DNA of 64,000 nt, taken from positions 1 through 64,000 of the forward strand of contig JBEKYR010000022.1 in the NCBI GenBank assembly GCA_049510745.1, written 5' to 3'. Positions within the stretch are counted from its first letter, which is position 1. Each line of letters starts with the position of its first letter. This document shows, one piece after another, positions 9,586 through 19,017 of the stretch. This DNA is from Verrucomicrobiota bacterium (lineage in GTDB: Bacteria > Verrucomicrobiota > Verrucomicrobiia > Limisphaerales > Palsa-1400). Position numbers and translations under genes: made by a program. The notes under the pieces were generated by a model. That model saw only the letters and a list, made by a program, of their open reading frames with translations. It was not told where the DNA came from and did not search any database.

Positions 9586-10296
9586 ATGGACCCGAACCAG
9601 ACTCCATTGCCGCCCTTGACGGCGGGGACGCTCTACCTGGTGGCCACCCCGATTGGCAACCTGGAGGACATAACCTTGCGCGCCTTGCGGGTGCTCAAGG
9701 AGTGCGACGTGGTGGCCGCGGAAGACACGCGCCATTCCGGGCGACTGCTTAAACACTTCGGCATCGCCAAGCCGCTCTTGAGCTACTTCCAGTTCAACGA
9801 GGCGCGGCGGAGCGAAGAGATTCTGGAACGGTTGCGGCGCGGGGAAAAGGTCGCCTTGGTGACGGACGCGGGAAGTCCGGGGATCAGCGATCCGGGGGCG
9901 CGGGTGGTCGCGGCGGCGCTGGCGGCGGGATTGCGGGTGGAAGCGGTGCCGGGGCCGTGCGCCCTGGTGGCGGCCCTGACGGCCAGCGGATTGCCCACCG
10001 ATGAGTTTCATTTCGCCGGGTTCCTGTCACATAAAAGCGGGCAGCGCCGGCGGCAATTGGAGGGGTTGCGGACGGTTCCCGGGACGCTGGTTTTCTACGA
10101 ATCTCCCTATCGAATAATGAAGTTATTGGAGGAGCTGGCTGAGTTGTATCCCGCACGGCGGACGGTACTTGCGCGCGAATTGACGAAGAAATTCGAGGAA
10201 GTCCGGGGGGGTGCCCCGGCCCAATTGCTGGAGGCGATGCGCCCCCGGGCAATAAAAGGAGAATTCGTTGTTTTATTGGGGCCGGAGTCAGGCTGA
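9586..10296 (+). CDS. rsmI: 16S rRNA (cytidine1402-2'-O)-methyltransferase
   Basis: LYLVATPIGNLEDIT, AEDTR, DAGSPGISDPG, YESPYR, RELTKKFEE. Confidence 0.95.
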   Translation: MDPNQTPLPPLTAGTLYLVATPIGNLEDITLRALRVLKECDVVAAEDTRHSGRLLKHFGIAKPLLSYFQFNEARRSEEILERLRRGEKVALVTDAGSPGISDPGARVVAAALAAGLRVEAVPGPCALVAALTASGLPTDEFHFAGFLSHKSGQRRRQLEGLRTVPGTLVFYESPYRIMKLLEELAELYPARRTVLARELTKKFEEVRGGAPAQLLEAMRPRAIKGEFVVLLGPESG

Positions 10297-10440
10297 AATT
10301 GAGAGCCGAATTTTTTCGTTGCGTCGCCCCGGGATTTCCCCTACGGTTGTGGCATTCAGCTTAATCCCAAAGCGGAACGTTCGGTTAAAAAACCCTTCAC
10401 GGGAACCGTTCGAGATAATATGGGTAAACAGTAAAGTAAT

Positions 10441-10800
10441 ATGTCAGCAAAACTATTCGTCGGTAACCTCACCTTCACCGCGACGGAAAACGACTTGCAG
10501 GATCATTTCGCGCAAGCCGGCGTGGTGGTATCCGTTAACATTATGCAAGACCGCATGACAGGGCGTTCACGCGGCTTCGCCTTCGTCGAAATGGGTTCGA
10601 AGGAGGATGCGGATAAGGCCATTCAGATGTTTAATTCCAAGGACTTCCAGGGCCGTCCCCTCACGGTCAACGAAGCTCGTCCTCGCGAAGAGCGTCCCCC
10701 CGGCGGCGGTGGCGGTGGCTATCGTGGCGGCGGCGGTGGTGGCGGCGGGTATCGCGGCGGCGGCGGAGAGCGGCGCGGCGCCGGCGGGTATCGCCAGTAG
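10441..10800 (+). CDS. RRM-domain RNA-binding protein with Gly/Arg-rich tail
   Basis: KLFVGNL (RNP2), RSRGFAFVEM (RNP1), VNEARPR, GGGYRGG repeats. Confidence 0.95.
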   Translation: MSAKLFVGNLTFTATENDLQDHFAQAGVVVSVNIMQDRMTGRSRGFAFVEMGSKEDADKAIQMFNSKDFQGRPLTVNEARPREERPPGGGGGGYRGGGGGGGGYRGGGGERRGAGGYRQ

Positions 10801-10869
10801 GCCGGCGCCTGGTGTGGGTTTGTTCTCCCTTTCGACGGCCGCGGCAACGCGCCCGGAGTTGGTTTTTCG

Positions 10870-12243
10870 TCAGACGAATTTGCCTGGATTCAAAATCCCT
10901 TTTGGATCCAGGCTTTTCTTTACCCGCCGGTGCAGGGCGCGCAAGGCCGCCGGGGCGGCCAGGGGCCACCAGCGTTTCTTGGCCAGCCCGATGCCATGCT
11001 CTCCCGTAATCACTCCGTCCCAGGCCAGCACCTGCCGGAACAATTCGTCCAGCGCCCGGCGCGTGCGCCCGGCCACGCCCGGCCACTCCTTGTCATACAT
11101 AACGTTGACGTGGATGTTGCCGTCGCCGGCGTGTCCGAAACAGGCCACCGGCAGATCGAACTTCTTTTGCAGGCGCGCGGTAAAGGCAAACAGGTCCTCC
11201 AGCCGGCTGCGCGGCACGGCAATGTCCTGGTTTAATTTGACCAGCCCGGTGTCGCGCAACCCGTAGGAAAATTCGCGGCGCAATTCCCAGAGCTTCTCGC
11301 ACGGCCCGCGCCCGCGGGCGCGCTCGACAAACACCGGCGCGTGTCCCCGGACCAGCCTCTCCAGGCTGCGCGCCTCGAACCGGACCGATTTCTCCTGCCC
11401 GTCCAGTTCCACCATGATTAAGGCGCGGGCGCCGTGCAGGCGGCGGCTTCCCGTCCGGCGGCGGGCGGCGTCCAGAGTGAACTCGTCGGCCACCTCCAGG
11501 GCGGAGGGCAAAAAGCCCCGCTGAAAAATCGCGCCAATGGCCCGCGCCGCAGCCTTCATCGAGTCGAATCCCGCCACCAGCAAGGCCCGGAAGGGCGGCA
11601 ACGGAATGAGTTTGACCGTCACCTCCGTCACCACGCCGAGCAGGCCCTCCGAGCCGACGATCAGACGTGTCAAGTCGAACCCTGTCTTGTTCTTGTGCGT
11701 GCGCCCGCCGAGCGCAACGGCCTCGCCGTCGGCCAGCACGACGCGCAGGCCCAGAATGTAATCGCGCGTCACCCCGTACTTCAGGCAGCGGGGGCCGCCG
11801 GCGTTGGTCGCCACCGTGCCGCCGAGGCTGCAATCGGCCCGGCTGGCCGGGTCCGGCGGATAATACAACCCCTGCCGTTCCACCGCCTCCTGCAGCGTCT
11901 GGAGAATCACCCCCGCTTCCGCAACCGCCACGAAATCACCCGCGTGAATCTCCTTGATCCGGTTCATGCGTTCCAGCGAGAGCACAATCCCGCCCCGTTG
12001 CGGCACGCACCCGCCGACGTAGCCGTAACCGGCCCCGCGCGCCGTGACCGGGATGCGATGGGCGGAGGCAAACCGGAGGATTTGCTGGACCGTCTCGGTG
12101 CGGCGCGGCAGCGCCACGGCGTCGGGCAGATGGGTGGCGGACCATTTGTCGCCGGAATACTTGCGCAAGACGGCGGGTTGGAGTTGGAGTTCGCCGGCGG
12201 GGAGGCGTTTTTTGAGTTGGCGCAGAAGGGGAGAAGGGTTCAC
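10870..12243 (-). CDS. FAD-linked oxidase (GlcD/D-lactate dehydrogenase family)
   Basis: YPPDPAS, NAGGPRCLKYG, GSEGLLG, GHAGDGNIH, GEHGIG, DPKGILNPGK. Confidence 0.92.
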   Translation of the reverse strand: MNPSPLLRQLKKRLPAGELQLQPAVLRKYSGDKWSATHLPDAVALPRRTETVQQILRFASAHRIPVTARGAGYGYVGGCVPQRGGIVLSLERMNRIKEIHAGDFVAVAEAGVILQTLQEAVERQGLYYPPDPASRADCSLGGTVATNAGGPRCLKYGVTRDYILGLRVVLADGEAVALGGRTHKNKTGFDLTRLIVGSEGLLGVVTEVTVKLIPLPPFRALLVAGFDSMKAAARAIGAIFQRGFLPSALEVADEFTLDAARRRTGSRRLHGARALIMVELDGQEKSVRFEARSLERLVRGHAPVFVERARGRGPCEKLWELRREFSYGLRDTGLVKLNQDIAVPRSRLEDLFAFTARLQKKFDLPVACFGHAGDGNIHVNVMYDKEWPGVAGRTRRALDELFRQVLAWDGVITGEHGIGLAKKRWWPLAAPAALRALHRRVKKSLDPKGILNPGKFV

Positions 12244-12257
12244 GAAAAGGGCGGGGC

Positions 12258-12464
12258 TTAGGATTCGAGCAGTTTCCGCGCGCTGGCGGCCTGATCTTCG
12301 GGCACTTGCACCAGGATGCCGCCGACGGCCATGGCGTAGCCGTCCATGCTGAGGGCGGCGTTTTCGTTTTTCATATTGACGAAAAACTCGTTGGCCTCCA
12401 GGCGGGAGCGCACCAGTTCGGCGTCGGCGGGATTGAACGCCCTGTAAACAGTGACAAAATCCAT
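12258..12464 (-). CDS. DUF2007-like small protein
   Basis: FVTVYRAFNPADAELVRSRLE...ILVQVPEDQAASARKLL pattern. Confidence 0.75.
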   Translation of the reverse strand: MDFVTVYRAFNPADAELVRSRLEANEFFVNMKNENAALSMDGYAMAVGGILVQVPEDQAASARKLLES

Positions 12465-12569
12465 GCCAGCAAGATCGGGCCGGACCCCGCGGAATTCAAG
12501 CCAAAGCGTGGCCTTCAAGGGGCCGGACGGGAATTATTATGTCATCGGCGAGGTTCCCACGGACCGAAG

Positions 12570-13136
12570 TCAGGCGGATTCCTTGCCGGCGTATTTCTTC
12601 GCGGCGGTGTCCACCCGGATGGTTTCACCTTTGGCGATGAATAACGGCACCATGATTTCGAGTCCGGTTTCCAGCTTGGCTTCCTTCCAGGTCGAATCAG
12701 AGCCGCCCCGGACGGGCGGAGCGGTCTCCACGACCTTGAGCGGAATTTGCGGCGGGAGGACGATGTCGAGCAGGCTGCCTTCGAGCAGCATGGCTTTGTA
12801 TTCCTGGTTCTCCTTGAGGAACCCGCGGCGCTCGCCCAGTTGCTCGTCGCTGATGTCCAGTTCATCGAACGTCTCCGCGTCCAAAAAGACGTGCAACCCG
12901 CCCTTGCTGTAACTGTAGGTGATGCGGCGGGTTTCCAATTGCACCACCGGCACGCGCTCGTTATCGGCGAAAACGCGGTCAATCATGTGGCCGGTCTTGA
13001 GATGACGAAGGCGGGTGTGAAGTTTGTGGCGGGTTTGCGCCGTGCCGCTGACGTGGAACTCCTCGACGACATGCGGGCCACCTTCCAGCATGAGCACCAT
13101 CATGCGTTTGAATTCGGACGGCAGAACCGTTTGCAT
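12570..13136 (-). CDS. efp: Elongation factor P family protein, divergent paralog
   Basis: FLDAETFD, LPPQIPLKVVETAP, AKLETGLEIMVPLFI..GE.IRVDT; GGAGG RBS upstream; loop is SGTAQTR instead of PGKG. Confidence 0.85.
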   Translation of the reverse strand: MQTVLPSEFKRMMVLMLEGGPHVVEEFHVSGTAQTRHKLHTRLRHLKTGHMIDRVFADNERVPVVQLETRRITYSYSKGGLHVFLDAETFDELDISDEQLGERRGFLKENQEYKAMLLEGSLLDIVLPPQIPLKVVETAPPVRGGSDSTWKEAKLETGLEIMVPLFIAKGETIRVDTAAKKYAGKESA

Positions 13137-13245
13137 AATGACCTCCGTCTTGAGCCGGGCGGGCCTGGCCTCAGCCGGCGTTTGTTGCACACCGAATTTT
13201 TAATGCCAACCATTGGCGGCGTCAAGCGCCACGCGGCCGCATGCT

Positions 13246-14082
13246 TTACTTGACGGAACCCTGCTGGTCTCCCTCAAAGACAAAGGCGCCATAGCCGACG
13301 ACTTGACTGCGCGGTCCGGCCGTGTCACCCGAATTGCGCAGGTCAACCGCCCGCGCGCGCAAGTGGTGCTGCCGCGCCGCGCGGAGCAGGCCGCGAATGG
13401 GGATTCGTCCGCAGGCCTGTTCTTCCTCGATGTCTTGAGGCCGCAGTTCCTCGATGGCGCGGCGGGTGACAGAGTCCAACTCCTGCGCACTGGAGTAGGC
13501 GTGGTAATGGCTCAGGTCCGAGCTGATGACAAAGCGGGTTTCCGGGCCGCCCCAAAGCGCGTCAATGACCCGGGCCACCGCCTCGTCGCCCGCCTCGTTC
13601 ACCACCAGAGGGACGATTCGGAAATCACCCAGCACGACTTGCAGGAACGGCAATTGAACTTCGAGCGCGTGTTCGCGGGCGTGCGCTTCGTCCAGAACAA
13701 TAACTTGTGGCAATGCGCAAATCTGCCGAACGGCGTCCGTGTCCACCGGCACCAGGCCAATCGGTGTGGCGAACGCTTCCGCGCTGGACGCCGCCAGGCC
13801 TTCAAAGGGCACAAAATGCGACGGCCCGATCAAGACCACCCGTTGGATGACCGGGCGCGCCGACGCAAACCGCGCATAGGCCGACGCCGCGATTGGGCCG
13901 GAGTATATGTAACCCGCGTGCGGCGCGATGATGGCTTTTGGCGCCACAGCATTGTCCGGTTGAACCAGGCTGAGGAAACTCTCGATCACGCGGCGCAGTT
14001 CGGCCGGATCGGCGGGATAGAACCGGCCCGCGACTGCCGCCGGCCGCACTTTCGCCGGCTTGATGGATGATGCTCTGGCCAT
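13246..14082 (-). CDS. amrB: AmmeMemoRadiSam system protein B (MEMO1 family)
   Basis: RPAAVAGRFYP, PHAGYIYSG, GPSH, EHALEVQLPFLQ, SSDLSHY, ACG, VVGYGA. Confidence 0.93.
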   Translation of the reverse strand: MARASSIKPAKVRPAAVAGRFYPADPAELRRVIESFLSLVQPDNAVAPKAIIAPHAGYIYSGPIAASAYARFASARPVIQRVVLIGPSHFVPFEGLAASSAEAFATPIGLVPVDTDAVRQICALPQVIVLDEAHAREHALEVQLPFLQVVLGDFRIVPLVVNEAGDEAVARVIDALWGGPETRFVISSDLSHYHAYSSAQELDSVTRRAIEELRPQDIEEEQACGRIPIRGLLRAARQHHLRARAVDLRNSGDTAGPRSQVVGYGAFVFEGDQQGSVK

Positions 14083-14094
14083 AACCGAACAGAC

Positions 14095-15231
14095 TTAGTT
14101 CAAAGGCACACGCCTCGGCCGGCGCGTGAACCAATCCCGGACCAGCTCGCCCCGTCTCGCCTCGACCACCCCGCCTGCCGGCCAGATGCCGGGAATGGCC
14201 GTCTGACACTTTGGGCATTTGCCCTCGCCGGTGATCCGGTACTCCCGCACCGAATAGCCGGCGCGTTCAATGAGCGCCGCGCGGCATTGGGGGCAAAAGG
14301 TGTTTTCCCACGGGCCGACGCGGCCGGGCAAGTTGCCGGCATAAACAAAATGCAGCCCTTCCTCCGCGCCAATTTCCGCCGCGCGAACGAGTTGGCGCGC
14401 CGTCGTGGCCGGGGCGGCGGTCGTCTTGAAGTCAGGATGAAAGGCGGTGACGTGCCAGGGGATGTCGGGGCTGACCGAGGCGAGGAATTGAGCCATCGCG
14501 CGCAACTCCGCGTCACTGTCGTTGAAGCCGGGCACGACCAACGTCACCACTTCCAGCCACAGGCCGCGTGCGTACACCATGCGAATGCCCTCGGTCACGT
14601 GTTCGAGCGTTCCCCCCAGCGTGCGATAGCGCCGGTCGTCGAACCCCTTGAGATCAATTTTATAGGCGACAATCCACGGGCGCAGAAAATCGAGCGCCTC
14701 GGACGTGGCGTTGCCGTTGGAGACAAACGCGCAGGCAAGACCGGCCCGCCCGGCCTCCTGAAAGACGGCGACGGCCCATTCCGCCGTGATGAGCGGTTCG
14801 TTGTAGCTGGACACCACGAGCCGGGCGCCGTTCTCTCGCGCGGCCTTTACGATTTGCTCGGGGGTCAATTCGAGGATAGGTGACGCCGCTTCCTCCTCGC
14901 GCAGCGCCTGGCTGGTGACCCAGTTCTGGCAATAGGGACAATGAAAATCGCAGCCGAGCATCCCGAACGTCAGGGCGTCGCTGCCAGGATGGACGTGGAA
15001 AAACGGTTTCTTCTCGACCGGGTCGCTGGCCAAGCCGCCGGCCACGTAACCGAACGGCACGCGCAGTTGGCCGCCGTCGTTGAAGCGGACTTTGCAGATG
15101 CCGCGCCGCCCCGCCGCGAGGAGACAGCGATGCCCGCACGCCACGCAACGAACGCGCCCGTCTTCGGCCCGCCAAAGCGTTCCGACGGTCGTGTGCCGAT
15201 CCAGCGTCTCGGCCAATGAATGGTTGTTCAC
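14095..15231 (-). CDS. amrS: AmmeMemoRadiSam system radical SAM enzyme
   Basis: CVACGHRC, DPVEKKPFFH, GCDFHCPYCQNW, SYNEP, C-terminal CPQC/CPKC. Confidence 0.93.
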   Translation of the reverse strand: MNNHSLAETLDRHTTVGTLWRAEDGRVRCVACGHRCLLAAGRRGICKVRFNDGGQLRVPFGYVAGGLASDPVEKKPFFHVHPGSDALTFGMLGCDFHCPYCQNWVTSQALREEEAASPILELTPEQIVKAARENGARLVVSSYNEPLITAEWAVAVFQEAGRAGLACAFVSNGNATSEALDFLRPWIVAYKIDLKGFDDRRYRTLGGTLEHVTEGIRMVYARGLWLEVVTLVVPGFNDSDAELRAMAQFLASVSPDIPWHVTAFHPDFKTTAAPATTARQLVRAAEIGAEEGLHFVYAGNLPGRVGPWENTFCPQCRAALIERAGYSVREYRITGEGKCPKCQTAIPGIWPAGGVVEARRGELVRDWFTRRPRRVPLN

Positions 15232-15338
15232 GGCTCAATATACTGCTACTCGCCCCCGATGGCGAGGGCTGTCGCTCCGCGTGCCTTGAAACCGTGCGGG
15301 ATATTTTGAAGCGGCATAATTGGACCGGAGCGGGCGGT

Positions 15339-16772
15339 TCACTGGCTGCGCAGGCGGAAGAACTGGGGCGCGCCGCCCAGTTCCAGATCGACGGTAAACT
15401 GTTCTCCATCCAGCGCGGGGGTGTTGGTGATTGGGTTCCAGGTCGAAGCCGGCAGCGATGACGCGGCCTCCAAGCCGAAGCCGGCAGCGTTGGTTGTCCA
15501 AGCGAGCCTGACGTGGAGCGGGTCGGGCTGCTGGATTTGCAGTTCGGGCAAGACCCCCAGGGGGCCGTTTGTGGGGGTGGCAATGGCGATGCCTTCGACG
15601 CCGTTCGCCAGCGAGTACAGGAAGACGATTTGACCGCTGTTGTTCAAGCCGTTGTTCCCTGGCCCGCCCAAGCTGATAACCGTGGAGCCGAACAGGGAAT
15701 CGCCTTCCGCAATCACCTTGTCAACAACGGGGCCGGTTCCCGCCAGAACCGCCCACTGGCCGTTGGAAAGGCTGCCGAAGCCAGCCACCGTGCCGGCGGC
15801 ATTTATGGAGGGGAACTGGTCGTCAACCTCGCCGCCTCCTGCGACGGTGATCTGTGTCACGGCGCCCTCGCTGCTCATGAAGTCGCCATCACTCATGTTG
15901 GTGAGGGTGGCCCAGAATACGACGGCGCCGCTGTCGCTGATCTTCGGAAAAGAGTCCAGGGAATAGAACTGCGACCCGGCGCCGGTCTGCGCCAGGTTCG
16001 TGGCGCCGTCCGGCCCGACAAAGATACCCGACGTGCTGTCGGCGAGATAGCCGCAGTAGGCAATCTGGCCGCCGGCGTTGATGGAGGTGCCGCCAAACGG
16101 GCTGCCGCTCAAGAATTTGCCGCCATCCTGCGCGATGGTGGTGTAGGCCCCCCCAGCAGCCGGTTCAGTGAAGACGCCTTCCGGGCCGAACGGGTCGCCG
16201 CCGCTGTCGTTCAACCTTCCGGAGAAGGAAACCACGCCGTTGCGGATGGAGGGATTGTCCCAAGCGACATAGAACGGATTGTTGGTGTCCGCCGATTCGG
16301 CGATGACGGCTGTGGGTCCGCCGCTGCCGGTGCGGATACTGGGGTTGTAATTGTGGTAAATGAAGAACGCGACAGTGCCATCATCGTCAATGGCCGGCAG
16401 GCTGACGAGGCTGGCTCTGCCGGCGAAGAAGGAGAACTCGCCGGTGCTGGTGTCCAGGATCGTGCTGATGGTGGTCCCGTCGGTGCGGTAAATGCCCTCC
16501 ACGCCGGAGGTCGTGTTCCCTCGAAAGGCGACCACCCCCGCATTATTGATGGCGACCGCGCCGAAGTCGTTGAATTGCCCGGTGTTGTCGATGACGTTGG
16601 TGAAGGTGTAGTTGCCGGCCCAAGCCGGGCTGTTCCACAGCGGAAGCAGCCACAACAGACTCAGGGCGGGAGCACACCACCGTGACGCCGCGAGGGCAAC
16701 CCGTCGCGCGAGGGCATAAGGCAGCTTCCGGTGAAGGATCGAGGGTTGAAAGCCAGGAAGAACGGGTTTCAT
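15339..16772 (-). CDS. Secreted protein with NxxGxxAF-type tandem repeats and C-terminal ...FFRL domain
   Basis: Signal peptide ending PAWA; INNAGVVAF, IDDDGTVAF, INAGGQIAY, ISDSGAVVF, LNNSGQIVF. Start uncertain. Confidence 0.82.
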   Translation of the reverse strand: MKPVLPGFQPSILHRKLPYALARRVALAASRWCAPALSLLWLLPLWNSPAWAGNYTFTNVIDNTGQFNDFGAVAINNAGVVAFRGNTTSGVEGIYRTDGTTISTILDTSTGEFSFFAGRASLVSLPAIDDDGTVAFFIYHNYNPSIRTGSGGPTAVIAESADTNNPFYVAWDNPSIRNGVVSFSGRLNDSGGDPFGPEGVFTEPAAGGAYTTIAQDGGKFLSGSPFGGTSINAGGQIAYCGYLADSTSGIFVGPDGATNLAQTGAGSQFYSLDSFPKISDSGAVVFWATLTNMSDGDFMSSEGAVTQITVAGGGEVDDQFPSINAAGTVAGFGSLSNGQWAVLAGTGPVVDKVIAEGDSLFGSTVISLGGPGNNGLNNSGQIVFLYSLANGVEGIAIATPTNGPLGVLPELQIQQPDPLHVRLAWTTNAAGFGLEAASSLPASTWNPITNTPALDGEQFTVDLELGGAPQFFRLRSQ

Positions 16773-16990
16773 AGGTTTCGTAAAAAAGTTCTGTTTTTAC
16801 TCCACCATGATCTTTGGTCCGGGATAAAATTCGGTCAATCCACAATTCTTGTCTGACGGCGAGCAATCGGGTGCTGGCGAGAATCGGAGTCAACGTTCGC
16901 GCCGAAGTTCGCCGACTCCGAGTCCAAAAGGCCGGTTGGAGCGGATTGACCGTCTTCGAGACACGGTTTTGACCAAAAACCCGGGAGAAC

Positions 16991-17671
16991 TTAGAATTGG
17001 CGGGTCGCGCCGATTTTCAAGAGATGCAGTTTTTTGCCGGCGGCTTGAAACTTCTGCCGCGCCGCCTCGTGATCGATTTTTATGGGCGGAAACGTGTCGT
17101 AATGCACTCCCACAATCTCATTGCAGTCAATAAAACTCGCGGCTTTGACCGCGTCCGCCGCGTCCATCGTGAAATTGCCGCCGATGCACAAGGCCGCAAA
17201 CGTCAGGCGGGTGGATTCGCCGATCAGTTTCATGTCCATCGTCAGCGCGGTGTCCCCGGAATAATAGAAACTGCCCTGCGCGCTCTCCACCACAAAGCCG
17301 CCCGGATTTCCGCCATAGGAGCCGTCGGGCAAACCGCTGGAGTGAATGGCGTTGACGTATTGGACGCGTCCGAAATCAAAACCGCACGCGCCGCCGTGGT
17401 TGAGCGGATGGATTTTGCCCGCGCCTTTTCTGCCCAGCCACGTCGCCACCTCATAATTCGAGATGACCGTCGCTCCGGTCCGTTTGGCCAGGCCCACCGC
17501 GTCGGCCAGATGGTCTTCGTGGCCGTGCGAGACCAGGATATAATCGGCCCGCACCGAATTGACATCCACGCCGGCGGCCAGCGGATTGGGGGTGATGAAC
17601 GGGTCGAACAGCAAGGCGCGTCCGCCCAGCTCGACCGCAAAACAGGAATGACCATAGTAAGTGAAGTTCAT
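16991..17671 (-). CDS. Metal-dependent hydrolase, metallo-beta-lactamase fold (UPF0173-like)
   Basis: YYGHSCF, DPFITPNP, SHGHEDH, AIHSS, SGDT, GVHYDTF. Confidence 0.92.
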   Translation of the reverse strand: MNFTYYGHSCFAVELGGRALLFDPFITPNPLAAGVDVNSVRADYILVSHGHEDHLADAVGLAKRTGATVISNYEVATWLGRKGAGKIHPLNHGGACGFDFGRVQYVNAIHSSGLPDGSYGGNPGGFVVESAQGSFYYSGDTALTMDMKLIGESTRLTFAALCIGGNFTMDAADAVKAASFIDCNEIVGVHYDTFPPIKIDHEAARQKFQAAGKKLHLLKIGATRQF

Positions 17672-17956
17672 AGGAAAGAATTCAAGGTTCAGGTTCTCAC
17701 TTGTGTGCGGCCATCCGGCAGACCCTGTCGATCGCGCGGATCAAGGCCGCCGCCAGCATGACATATCCGGAAAAATATTCCATGCGCAGCAATGTTTCTG
17801 CGGAGAATCTACCATGTCCGCGCGCGGCCGCCCAGTTCAATCCGCTGAAAGTCGGACTCCGCTGACTGGCATCGGCCTATTCCTGAAAGACGGAGCCAAG
17901 GGCACCCCAGGCCTGAACTTGCCATCCCGCCGGGAAGCGTGGAGATTGGGAGCAGG

Positions 17957-18508
17957 ATGACAGAAACGCAGAGTGGGACATGGCAGGCGCGCCGCTCCGG
18001 CTCGTGGCTTCGGATTCTGGCCATTGGCCGGAATCCAAAAGCAACCCTCCTCCGCGCCGCCGTTTTGGCGGCGGTATGCGTGGTGGTTTTCAAGTGGGTG
18101 CTGCTGCCCGTGCGGGTGGATGGCATCAGCATGGCGCCCACTTACGCCGATCATTCCTTCAATTTCGTCAACCGGCTGTCGTACCTCTGGCACGAGCCGA
18201 GACGCGGCGATGTGGTAGCCATTCGTTTGACGCCCCCGCACGGATGGTCCGCCCCGCACATCATGTTCTTGAAACGCGTCATCGGGCTGCCTGGGGAAGC
18301 CATCTCCTTTGTTGACGGCCGCGCGCGCGTCAACGGCCAGCCGCTCGACGAACCTTATGAGAAGGGGCCCTGCGATTGGAACGCGGCTCCAGTGACGCTC
18401 GGGCCGGAGGAATACTTTATGGTCGGTGACAACCGCTCGATGCCACAAAAAGAACATACCTTCGGCAAAGCGGAGCGAGGCCGGATTGTGGGCAAGGCGC
18501 TTTTGTGA
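17957..18508 (+). CDS. lepB: Signal peptidase I
   Basis: One TM helix; VDGISMAPT (Ser), LKRVIGLPGE (Lys), GDNR. Confidence 0.88.
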   Translation: MTETQSGTWQARRSGSWLRILAIGRNPKATLLRAAVLAAVCVVVFKWVLLPVRVDGISMAPTYADHSFNFVNRLSYLWHEPRRGDVVAIRLTPPHGWSAPHIMFLKRVIGLPGEAISFVDGRARVNGQPLDEPYEKGPCDWNAAPVTLGPEEYFMVGDNRSMPQKEHTFGKAERGRIVGKALL

Positions 18509-18999
18509 AACGATCGCGCCTGCTTCTGCTGGCCGCCGTTGCGGCGCTGGGCGTCTGGGCCTGGATGGCTTTGCATCCCAGCCCCGAACGGCTGATCCGC
18601 AAGCAACTGGAAGGCGTCGCCCACGCCGTCTCCTTCGGGCCTCACGAGGGCAATCTGGCCAAACTGGCCGCCGCGCAACGCCTGGGGGATTTCTTCTCGA
18701 TAAATGTCGATGTCCAGATCGACGTTCCGGGCGTTCAAGAGCACCGGCTGGCGGGACGGGAGGAGATTGTGCAGGCGGCGCTGGCGGCGCGCGCGTCGGT
18801 GCAGGCTTTGAACGTCGCCTTTCCTGATGTCACCGTCATGGTGAACGCGGACCAGGAATCCGCCGTGGCGGATTTAACCCTCCAGGCGCGAGTCGCCGGC
18901 GAGCCGCAGATGATCGTGCAGGAAATGAAATTCACCCTGCGCAAAATCAACGGCCAATGGCTGATTGTCAGAGTGGAAACGGTGCGCACCTTGTCGTGA
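18505..18999 (+). CDS. Membrane-anchored hypothetical protein, possible NTF2/SnoaL-like fold
   Basis: N-terminal hydrophobic helix; GREEI...; C-terminal FTLRKINGQWLI; GTGA overlap with lepB. Confidence 0.7.
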   Translation: MKRSRLLLLAAVAALGVWAWMALHPSPERLIRKQLEGVAHAVSFGPHEGNLAKLAAAQRLGDFFSINVDVQIDVPGVQEHRLAGREEIVQAALAARASVQALNVAFPDVTVMVNADQESAVADLTLQARVAGEPQMIVQEMKFTLRKINGQWLIVRVETVRTLS

Positions 19000-19017
19000 A
19001 GCCGGGAACCAATTCCC

